Source: Anthoceros angustus
Taxonomy: Eukaryota; Plantae; Anthocerotophyta
NCBI GenBank assembly: GCA_010909165.1
Contig: VJWM01000209.1
Coordinates: 248,001-312,000, forward strand
Reading direction: 5' to 3'
Length of the DNA: 64,000 nucleotides
This document shows, piece by piece, positions 23,561-34,200 of the stretch. Position numbers and translations under genes: made by a program. The stretch's first letter is position 1, and every line of letters starts with the position of its first letter. The notes below the pieces were generated by a model. It was given only the letters and a program-made list of their open reading frames with translations, did no database searches and was not told the origin of the DNA.

Positions 23561-24412
23561 TTGCAAGCGATCTGTAGACTAGAAGCGGGGCGGAGGGGAA
23601 GAGAAAGGGAGGGAGAGGGGGTTGGATGCGTAGCTTTCTCGTGGCTTCACCGGGTCGAGTTGGGGACGGCAATCACATGATTTTGTGTATGTCAAGTTTT
23701 AGCGTCGATGTGCAAGCCATGGTGCCCTGAAGTGTGAAGCGGAAACGGGGTTTGAGTTTGGGGAATGCCGATTCGGAATGTTTGTCCGTCACGGACAGGT
23801 GGCTATGAGCCAACGGTCAATGTCACATGGCATGGACTGGAGGGGCGGTTACATGTGAACTACACCATATCGGTTTTCCAATACTTTATTAGCGAGAAAT
23901 GTATTCATCAGCATATACTTTGTACCTTGGGGATGTATATTTGAATAATATTATTCCATGTATTTTACATGAATAACCCTAAGGCCCACAAACAGTGAGC
24001 CCGCTAGTGATGCATTCTGTCCAATTGTGTAACATGACGGTACACTTTTCCATATGCCAGTTTGTAAAGGTAGCTTTGGTCGTAATGTATCCCAAAAGTG
24101 ACACGATTGAAATAAAGCCTAAATAAATGTTCTAGTCTACACGCCATAAATTTATAAGGATCTCTACTTTTTCTCCCCGAATGCCTCTTTTGTTTAACCA
24201 TGAGACATCGAGGTGTGGAAATATTGCCAATAAATTTCAAGTTTTGATGAAGTGGAATGGGTTTGGGTGTACTGTGCGTTGTATTTTTAGCAGCCGTTTC
24301 CCACAAACCCTCAAAATCAACGTTCCGAGTTTTCTTAAGTGCAAAAACTGATGACATATTTGGCCCGTCTCCGGAAAGTGGAGTGTGTCACTAGCCCTAA
24401 GGAGACCTTGTT

Positions 24413-24650
24413 CAAGGTAGCTCCAACCACGCACTCTTCACTTCTCGAGGCCGAGGCAGTCGAAGAGGCAGAGGACGCGGTAACTTCTCAAACCGCCGAT
24501 CCTACGACTCACAGCAGCTGCAGTCACCTGGAGGCTACACTAAAAACAATCAGAATGGTCAGAAAAGGACCAGCAAAGGACCTTGCAACTGGTGCAGGAT
24601 CCCAGGCCATTTCGAGTACGAGTGCAGGAAGAAACAAGCAGGAGAACCCC
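24413..24650 (+). pseudogene. gag: Copia gag C-terminus with CCHC zinc knuckle
   Basis: GSSNHALFTSRGRGSRRGRGRG...GPCNWCRIPGHFEYECRKK (CX2CX4HX4C). Confidence 0.9.
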
Positions 24651-25257
24651 GCCTGTACTGGTGTATTCTCCGCCGTTATCACTGCGGAGAGTGCAAACTT
24701 GAAAACCAGTTCGTCGTTCTGCTGCTGATACAAAACCTTGGAAACAGGTGAGGGCCTCATCCTTATGGCGCAAGAAATAAATATGGCAATACCTGCTCCA
24801 CTCATCCATAAAGGTAAGGAAGTAAGAGTGGCCTCCGAAGCTGTGTGTGCTCATTGGGCAATGTCCTGAGGCATGCCTTAAGTCGTCGAGCTCTTGTTGG
24901 TGAGGGATCTTTGAAAGGGAATTGAGTCAACTTGGAGTATTTCCAGATCTCACAGAAGAAATCCTTGCTGGATTTAATGTTGATAGGATCCTTGTACATG
25001 GTAGGGTTGGAAAAGGAGTCCAGATAACGTGGATTTATGTGGCCTGCCCGACAGTGCCATAGCAGGGTGTTGCTGTGAGAAGCTGATGATGAGCTGTCAG
25101 CAACGAGGGATGAAGAAGACTGTATATTGAGCAGGTACAAATCGTTATAAGGTAGGCCGTGTGCCAGTGCAGTTTGATGTTTGTCCTTCGAGTCATAAAT
25201 TGTGCAGTGGTTGCCTTGAAAGGTGATTATGAGGTTGTGCTCCGTGGCCAAGATCAC
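24651..25257 (-). pseudogene. Inverted Copia segment: GAG-pre-integrase and integrase core N-half
   Basis: Minus-strand LLWHCRAGHIN...FCEIWKYSKLTQFPF and GGHSYFLTFMDEWSRYCHIYFLRHKDE...LRSDNGGEY, flanked by plus-strand Copia sequence. Confidence 0.88.
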
Positions 25258-25259
25258 TT

Positions 25260-27640
25260 CTTGAGATTTCCCGCTCCATCCTGAAGCTCTCCTGCCTCTC
25301 TCGAGGCTACTGGGCTGAGGCAGTAGCTACAGCCAACTACCTTAAAAACAGGCTTCCTACTAAAGAGCTGCCAGGTACTACACCTTTTGAGCGCTGGACA
25401 GGTAACAAACCTAGAATCTCCCATCTCCGCATCTTCGGTAGTCCTGCCTTTGCACATGTACCAGATGCCACACGTCACAAATGGGACGACAAAAGTCGAA
25501 AGCTTCTCTTCATTGGCTACTCGGATCAAGTAAAGCCTACCGCCTTTTCAACACTACGAGAGGTAATCCTTTCTCGTAGTGTTCATTTCCATGAATCCCA
25601 TGTTCTCAACACCTATCTTACTTCCCTGTCCACCTCTCTTCCCACCACTGGTCTCTCTGGCCTCCTACCTTCAGCTAATTTTCCCCTTGACCTTGAGGGG
25701 GCCACCTCCCACTATGAAGAAGCTGAAGATGCCATGCAAGCTCAAGAGAAAACAGATCATTTATCCTGTTCCAGGTCCAGCTATCCAAGCACCACCACAT
25801 GTTCCAGCTTGCTCAGATACAGCCTCAGGTACTACCTCCTCCACTATTACCTGCACCCATAGCCCTGGATCAGCCACATCACCCTGTGATAGATAACCAA
25901 GACTTAGACATGAACCATGCTCTAGTACCCGAGGTACCCGTGCCAGAACCTGATCCTCCTCCTCTAAGGCGTTCCACACGCAATAGACCGCCCAGTCATC
26001 TATGGAAAAATCCACCCTCTGTCCCTAGAGACTCCTTCTCTCGTCAAGCAACCATTATGGAACCTGTAGAAGCACCAGTTCCCACTCAAGCTCAGCCCGA
26101 CAGCGCAGACCAAGTCCAGCTCGCCTTGTATCAAGCCCTGTCTGCACTTGAAATGCAGGATGTACCTGCAAGCATAGAAGAAGCCCTTAGCACACCCGAG
26201 TGGAAGGCTTCCGTTCAGTCAGAATACGACTCTCTAATTGCCAATCCACTTGAAACTGCGGCCTACTGAGCACTGGCCATTTCTGTAAGTGGACCTTCAG
26301 AAGGAAGCTTAACCCTGATGGGACCGTCTCAAGATACAAGTCTAGACTGGTAGCCCGTGGTTTCACCCAGGTACCAAGTTTTGACTATGATGAAAACATA
26401 TTGTTCAGCCCAGTCGTCAAGGCAACATCCATACGGATCCTCCTAGCCTTCGCTGCCCATCACCACCTGCATATACACCAGGTAGATATCAAAACCGCTT
26501 TCCTCTACGGAACCCTAAATGAGGACATCTACATGCTACAGCCACCAGGGTTTGTTAAGGATAGCAGCAAGGTATGCAAATTGCTCAAATCCATCCATGG
26601 ACTAAAGCACCGGCACAAGTATGGAATGAAACCGTGGATAGATACCTGAAAAGGTGTGGCTTCACTCCTCTTATCTCAGACACCAGTGTCTACATCCTGA
26701 GAACAAAGAACAAGTTTGCAATAGTGACACTATACGTTGATGACAACTTCATATTTTGAGACAGTCCTGAGATTATCCAGTATGTGAAAGACCTCTTGTC
26801 AAAGGAGTATAATGTTGTAGACATGGGACCCCTACGGTATGCATTGGGAGTACAGTTTGAACACAACAAGGAGGACCACTCTTTCTTCATCCATCAAGAA
26901 CACTACGTAAACCAATTGCTGGAAAGATTCAACATGAAGGACTCAAAGCCAGTATCAACTCCAATGGCTTCAGGAGAGAAGGTATCTGACGCCAAGACAC
27001 CAAGAAACAAAGGAGATGTCAGCTATCCCGCATAACGAGGTCAGAGGCGCTTTACTTTACCTCTCAATCTGGACAAGACCCGACGTTGCACTAGCTGTGA
27101 ACGTGGTATCCAGATATTTGTCGAACCCCGGGAAGGCTCATTGGACCTGTGTCAAGCGCATCCTTCGCTACCTCAAGAAGACCAAGTCCCTAGGACTCAT
27201 TTACAAAGGTGATAGCTCTCCCAAGCTCACTCTAATCTCCTTCTCAGACGCAAATTGGGCGGGAGATCCGGATGCGAGAAGGTCTATTGCAGCATACTGC
27301 ACAGCTATCAACGGTTGCACAGTGTCATGGGCGTGCAAGAAGATGCAAACGATTTGTACCTCATCAGCGAGTACGCAGAACAACGTGGCCAAGGAGATCC
27401 CGTGGGTGAGGCAATTCACGCACGATATAGGCGAGGACCGGGATCAGCCCACACTATTCATGACAATCAATACGCCATCGCCATGACACTCAATCGCGCA
27501 TAGAACTAAGCATGTGGAGATCCATCACCATTTCATTCGTCAAGTGGTGGCCAACAAGCAAGTGACCTTAAACTACATCAACACGAATGAGATATCGCTT
27601 CACGATAAGGCTTATCCAAGCCACTTCACAACAAGCACAC
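25260..27640 (+). pseudogene. pol: Copia pol: integrase C-half, reverse transcriptase, RNase H (frameshifted)
   Basis: YWAEAVATANYLKNRLP..HLRIFGSPAF; YKSRLVARGFTQ; QVDIKTAFLYG; LYVDD; YLSIWTRPDVALAV; FSDANWAGD; TKHVEIHHHFIR. Confidence 0.93.
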
Positions 27641-27828
27641 TGAAGGTATCGGACTGGTCAGCAGAGAATCTTACCTGGGTATTCCTTCCGAATCAGCCAA
27701 TTCACAGGAAGGGAGAGCTCCTTAATTCCGCACCACCACTGCTAGCGTTATGCTTCAGCAACTTCGAGTTTTCATCTCTGTGTTTGGAGACTAGACTGAA
27801 GATTGTTGGAATCCGCAGCGACGGGGGG

Positions 27829-28014
27829 TGTTGGAGCCATAGCGCTACGGATTGGAGCTTCGCCCCCATCAGCCATTAGCCATTAGGGCACAATTCGTGC
27901 ACACGTAGATAAATGCTTAGTTCGTGATGCAGCCTGGGTACCATCAAGACTGTGAGCGGATTACAACCGCATTCGAGACACTATAAGTACAGGCATTCAG
28001 CCTTAATCCTACCA
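27829..28014 (+). repeat. Copia 3' LTR preceded by a polypurine tract
   Basis: GACGGGGGG|TGTTGGAGCC...CAGCCTTAATCCTACCA, homologous to 3085-3320 with a divergent middle. Confidence 0.85.
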
Positions 28015-28019
28015 TCTTC

Positions 28020-29000
28020 CGGGGAACTGTGTTGCCAGAGACACCTTGCTGGAAGCGCGGCTCACCACAAAGCAGTGCGGGGCCTCCCGGCATGCTCCCA
28101 AAATAGGCAGCGTTTCGCACATAGTACGATCCCGATGTGGCGTCTCACCAACCCGCATGAGGTTCTGCCGAGCCTCCTGGTGGCTACCGGGCATGGAATT
28201 TCCAGGAGGGAGAAGAGTGGAGGAGAGGATGGCAAATATTGCCAACATTCTTTGAGTCGGAGATCTGAGCTCTTGTATGAACAAGAGCGCAGGATAGCGC
28301 CACCGCTTTCGCGAGATTTCTCAGGTAGGGTGCATTCCCACAATGGAATGCTTGCCTCCTGCTCCAGTGCGATGAACGAATCCGGTCTACTAGGATCCTG
28401 GAGGTAGGGTGGGAAGGCCTCATCTCCATCCCCACCAGTGCCATCTGTGTCGGTAATGCCGCCCGACTCGTGGGCGCGTCCATCTGCTACATCAGACACA
28501 AACCCGTCTACTGGAATGTTGCCGTGGTCGCCCACATCCAGGTTGGCCCCTGGCGCATCTTCGTCCGCATCAGCGGCTAGGTATAGCGGTGGGAGAGGTC
28601 GGCCTGATCGAAGGAGCTACACACACGCACAATTCGAAGTCAATGATGAACATAGCCCTTACTGCCGGACTTCAACCCCGCTAGTGCAGAAGAAAACAGC
28701 GGTCGAACACCCTTTCCCTCACCTGTGCGCGTAGTCGCGTATGATGGATGACATGCCTCCTTGAGATGTCGGCGCGGGCTTTCCGATTACGTGGCTTGCA
28801 AGCAGGGCAAGGGCAAGGGATTTCTGGGATGTCTTTGTTCCTTCGGAGAGCGGACATGGTGACGGGGAAGGGTAGGCAAGCGTTGGGCGTTGCTTTTGCA
28901 AAAGCAGGAGCCCAGCTGGAAGATGTTGCGAGTCCCCGCCTGGTTGCACACTCATTCTCACCAATCCAGCCCAACGGTCACGGGGCCTATCTAACAAGGG
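28020..29000 (-). pseudogene. CACTA transposase N-terminal fragment (transposase-associated CPC motif and start of Tnp2)
   Basis: EIPCPCPACKPRN...SRRHVIH, then ASIPLWE..SSDLRLKE..LCAKRCLFWE, matching the En/Spm Tnp2 N-terminal pattern. It is truncated at the Copia 3' LTR. Confidence 0.6.
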
Positions 29001-30522
29001 TGCCCGTTGGTCTGAACGGCAGTTTCAGCTCCACAGAGCATGACCGTTGGGTTTGCGGCCCTTGTCATGTTATTCCCGGCTACCACGGGCTTGTTGTGCC
29101 CGCCCCGTCGACATGGTGACCGGACTTGAGTGTTGAAAGACGTAGGGTGAAACGCACAGCGTCGGCGTCGTTTGCGAGGAGAGACAAGCAAGCAGGACGT
29201 ATCAAATGCTCAAGTTTGTCTTAACTATACAACGCAGTTAAAACGTCCTCTCAAACGTGTCATGTACCACGTCTTATTGCACGTCAAATTGTAGTAGTGC
29301 ATCGATATCGGAGTCGCAGCATTTTTGGTTGTATGCAGCATGGCAACCGACGCCTTTGAATTCTCCGTGGCGCTCAGATGTGCGCACTCGCCGACCGGCC
29401 ATGGTCGACCTGCCATCGCCCCTGGGCTGCAGGCAAGCCTTGAAGCTCCGGGGGAGGGGGCCTAGGGCAAGGGTGACTGTGACCTGCCTGGCGCTGGCCT
29501 CACCAGGCCGCTCACCTAGCATGGATGACGACGGTGAGCAGCTTCGAGCGCCAGGTACAGCCTCCTGATCAAGCGTTCATGACGTACCCCGTCATTTGGC
29601 TGACTGCCTTTTGGTGGTGCGGATAGGAATTCTGACAGACATCACTTGTTAGGCATTCCGTTAGACTGTAAGCAATGAACGCCATCACAAAACTGGATAA
29701 GCATGTTTTTCATGTGGAAATCATATGGCGCCACGGCCCATGCAGTCGGCCATGGAAAAAACTATATGAAAATAATATCCTCAATGGGTAAGTATTTTTA
29801 TTTTTAGTTTCTATGTGTTCTACATTATTTATGTTTGAGTCCTACAAAGAACTCATATATTACTCATGAAAGGACAATATGCTCATGTTATAAATGTCAT
29901 TCAGTATCTATGTAGTTTAAATATTTTAATATATAGGTGCTCTTCTATGGAATCTCTTATGAATCTACGTAAAAACGAATATAAAAACAACATAAAAATA
30001 ATTACATCCCTAAATTTTATGCCCTTCATGCCAGTCTTATATGGATATTTATGAACTAAGATTTTAAATTTTAAATAGTTAAATATTTTTACTATATGAA
30101 AATATAATTATCTAATAATATAAAGACATGGATAAGTACATCCAATAAAATTCATATGTATTTTAATACCCTGTATCATGTGTAAAATAATATAGAGAGC
30201 ATGTAGATACGGTCCACACAGTCGGCCATGAAAAGAGGGTATGAATATCATATCCTGTCAATTTATGATTTATGTCATTCCTTGTAAAATCTTTGTACCC
30301 ATTTGCTTTTGAGTACTACAAAGAACTTGTAAAATACTCATAAGCTACAAGTGTCCTTTTATTTTGTGTGTCATGCTAAATGCATTTACTTTCTTTATAT
30401 AAAAATATATGTTCGCTAATAAGAAATCTATATGAACTTATGTGAAAATAGATATATACATCATACGCGAATTGCTATGATTTAAATATGCCTTTCACAC
30501 TTCCTTTCTGAATATCTAATAC

Positions 30523-31085
30523 AGTAACACCCCTTTTGATGAGGTGGGGCGATCACGATTAGATAAAAACATCACGGACACCAAAGACTAGGCCTCCAAG
30601 TAGCCCGCCGTCCTTCCACGGACGACTCGCATGCACACACTGCTATTTATTCCAAGAGAGTCAACAAGAATACATGAGAGATCGGAGCTCCCCATCTTTG
30701 CCTAAGCTAGGAGCTTAGCTCTCTCCCTCGATCTCCTCCTCAACCTCTCCTCTAGCACGCTCACACTCTAGGCTCCAAAGCCTCTAGGCACCAAAGTCCT
30801 ATCCTCACAAGAGTGTAGCTCCCAAGTGCTAGGATCCTTCTAGACATGCTCACACTCCCAAGGCCTAGGCTCCAAAGTCCTATCCTCAAGAGTGTAGCTC
30901 CCCATGCTAGGATCACAAGATATCTCTAGGGCTAGCCTCATCTCCTTATATAGGAGGCTTACATCATTTCCAAAGTAAGCGCTAAGCGGACTTTCTTCCT
31001 TAAGCCCTAAGCTAAGTCTTACCACCACTACTTACAACTTACTAACTAGATCCAGTGCATGCTTCTCATGCAAGGCTCATTATCT
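30523..31085 (-). repeat. Gypsy 3' LTR
   Basis: AGTAACACCCC...CAAGGCTCATTATCT, homologous to 37226-37811. Confidence 0.9.
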
Positions 31086-31139
31086 CCCCATCGAAAAGAA
31101 TCACATCTCGGTGATAGCCAACGTATCGAGAGATCATCC

Positions 31140-31275
31140 AGATCCTTTCTGAATATCCTCTAACGTTACCCAAACTGGATCTGAGATCCCACGCAACTTT
31201 ACCATATATTGTGGTACGATTCCACGTTTTGTAGGCACGCTACTCTCTGCAAGGAATTCCTCAATTTCCCATGAT
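31140..31275 (-). pseudogene. Integrase C-terminal chromodomain
   Basis: WEIEEFLAESSVPTKRGIVPQYMVKLRGISDPVWVTLEDI, downstream of the GPY/F motif (KLRPRYGGPF). Confidence 0.75.
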
Positions 31276-31279
31276 CCTT

Positions 31280-34200
31280 GATTATCTTTGCCGCGAGAAC
31301 ACTGCTTCTTCTTGTCCATGTCTTCTTTCTCTTTGCACAACAAATGGTTTCGAGTGATACATGAAACACATTGTGTGCAAAAATCCATTCAGCCTGTAAC
31401 ATAAGCCACTTCTCCAATGCGCTTCAAGACTACAAATGGACCACCATATCTTGGCCTTAACTTAAGAGTTAATCCTTGAGGTAATGGGAAATGCTTCAAT
31501 TTCACCCATACTTTATCCCCAACGTTGAAGACAGTTTCTCTCACCTATCGGCATATTTCTTGGCGTGCTTGAGCCTTGGCTAAAATTCCTTTGGCAATCT
31601 CATGCCTAGCCTTCAAGCTCAATGAATCGGCGTGGATCTCTAGTGGTAGTATCGAAAACTTCAGCATTTAGCATGGATACCACGTCCGGTCGAATTCCTC
31701 CCATCTCAAAAGGACTACATCCAAGAGAGGCGTGCGTGTGTGTTATAACAAAATTGCATCGTCTAGATGATCGATCCAATCCCTCGATCAATCTGCACAT
31801 AATGCCTTAAGTATTCTTCTTGGATTCGGTTGACTCGCTCAGTTGAGCCATCAGTATCTGGATGGAAAGCTGTGCTCATACATAATTCCACATTCAAGCA
31901 TTTCATCAAATGCTGCCAAAATTCTCCTGTGAACCTTGGATCCCTGTCACTCACAATCTGCATAGGTAAGCCATGGTACTTGTATATATACTTCTTAAAC
32001 AAGCTGGCTACCTCAGAAGCTGTCACTCGCTTCTTTGTAGGGATGAAATGTGCTTGTTTGGTGAATCTATCCACCACTGTCATGATAGCTGTACAACCAT
32101 TACTGGGTGGCAAAGGCATGATAAAATCCATAGAGATACTCTTCCAAGGTCCACTTGGAATAGGTAGGGGCTGTAGCAAACCTCTTGGTTTAGCTTGCTC
32201 CACCTTATCTTGCTGACAAACAGCACATGCCTTGACATAATCCACTGTATCTTGATACATTCCGGCCAGTAAAACAGCTTCCTTAGCTTCTCATAAGTGG
32301 GGTCAATTCCACGGTGACCTGCACTTGGCACATCATGACATTCAGAAGCAATTTGCTCTTCAACTCAAGAATTTGGGATCACAATCCTCCTCTGTTTGTA
32401 TATCAACAAACCATCCTCAATTTGAACTTGCTTCCTTCGCTCTATTCCATTAATCCGATCCGAACATCCGGATCCTCGGATATGCTTCCTTGATCTGTTT
32501 GTGAGTGTCCATAGGTTCAACCAGATTGCCATTGCCTTTACTTCCGACTCTTTTGCGACTCAGCGCATCCGCAACCTTATTCTCTTTTCCAGGTTTATAC
32601 TTGAGAGTCACATCATACATAGCTAGGAAATCTTGCCATCTAGCTTGTCTTGCATTCAACTTCAATGGTTAGAGAAGTATGTTGTCGATATTATCGATAG
32701 AGCACAAAAGATCCGCCAAGAGATAGTGTCTCCATACCTTGACAATGAATGACGTCATTTCCTTCTCATAGGTGGGATACTTCAACTCATAAGGATGCAA
32801 TTTCCTTGACTCAAAAGCTATCGGCTTATGGTCTTGCATCAACACTCCACCTATGGCCACGTCGAGGCATCAGACACTTCCACATCCTTCTTGGGATCAT
32901 ACATTCCTAAAACCGAGTTGTACTCAATTTCATCTTCAAGTATTCAAATGTCGCTTGACATTCAAGATCCCACTTCCAAGCTTTCGTCATCTTTAAGAGG
33001 TCGATTATGGGGCTGCTATCTTAGCAAACATATGTACAAATCTCATACGAAGCCAAACCCATAAAGCTGCGAACCTCATGAATGTTCCTAGGAGGTTGCC
33101 AATCTTGAATGGCCCTCACCTTATCGGATCCATTCGATGCCATCAGAGACAATAAAGCCTAAGAAAGCTACCTCTGTCTTGACAAAGTCACACTTCTTAA
33201 TTGCCAAGAACAAAGAATTCTCTCTTAGCTTGTAACACTTCTCTTAAGTGTTCAGCATGTTCCTCAAGGTATGGCTAAAGATCAAAATGTCATCCGGATA
33301 GATTACAACACACTTGTCCACCGGATCTATGAATATAGTATTCATAAGTGTCAAATGTGGCAGTGCATTAGTAAGTCCAAATGGCATGACCGAAATTCAA
33401 AAGCCCCATACGGTCCTACAAGCTTTTGTACTCATGTCCCTCTGCGATTCGATCGATAGTACCCGCCATCGATCTAGCTTGGTGAAATACTTGGCACCCT
33501 TCAACCTATCAAACATATCATCCATTCTTGGCAAAGGATATGCATTCTTCACTGTAATTTGATTCAGAGCTCTGTAATCTAAACACATCCTTAGTCCTCC
33601 ATTCTTCTTGCGCGTAAACAATACCGGCGCACCAAAAGGAGACTTAGAGACTCTGATATATCCCTTTGCCAGCAGGTTGGATAGTTGTCGCTTGAGTTCC
33701 TGCAGCTCATCCTGCGACAATCTATATGGTGCTCTCGACGGAGGCGTACTCCCTGGCCTCAATTCAATCTCATGATCTACTACTCTGTGAGACGGTAAAG
33801 GTGGCAATTCATCAGGCATCAAATCCTTAAAGTCATCCAAGACAGCCTGTAATTCCTTCGGGATGTCTTTCTCTTCTGAGGATTCTTCCTCAAGACCATC
33901 CTCTAATCCCTGGAGCATAACTAGATAAAGCTCCTTCTTCATCTTATGTCCCTTGAGCTCTCTTTTGAAATCAACTGCATCGAGCACATCTCAAGCTTGA
34001 CTAAGATTAGCACAAACCACCTTGTGCTTTCCATTCTTCAATATCTCAATGGTGCGGGACTTCACATCTACACGCACTTCATTGGATTTCATCCACTCTA
34101 GACCCAAGATAACATCATGGTCATCCATGTCTACAAGCGTGAAACTCATGTATCCTTCCCACGCTTCTATTTGCAGCTTTACTCCATGCAATTCACCCAA

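Larger units (their letters stand above)
4561..24412. mobile_element. Large TIR DNA transposon (~19.9 kb; ~11.4 kb without the nested CACTA and duplications) encoding a DDE-type transposase and a ParB + DNA amino-methyltransferase
   Basis: Left TIR AACAAGGTCTCCTTAGGACTGGTGAC (4561-4586) matches the reverse complement of 24387-24412 at 24/26. CAAG flanks both ends (4557-4560, 24413-24416). Removing the element restores the gag frame ...GGC CAA GGT AGC TCC AAC CAC GCA CTC TTC (GQGSSNHALF), which leads to the zinc knuckle. Confidence 0.88.
3085..28014 (+). mobile_element. Ty1/Copia LTR retrotransposon, degenerate, carrying nested insertions
   Basis: Related LTRs at 3085 and 27829 both start TGTTGGAGCCATAGCGCTACGG. 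Also present: PBS TGGTATCAGAGC, gag, zinc knuckle, integrase, RT, RNase H in Copia order, and a G-rich PPT before the 3' LTR. No matching TSD (GACCA left, TCTTC right). Confidence 0.88.
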
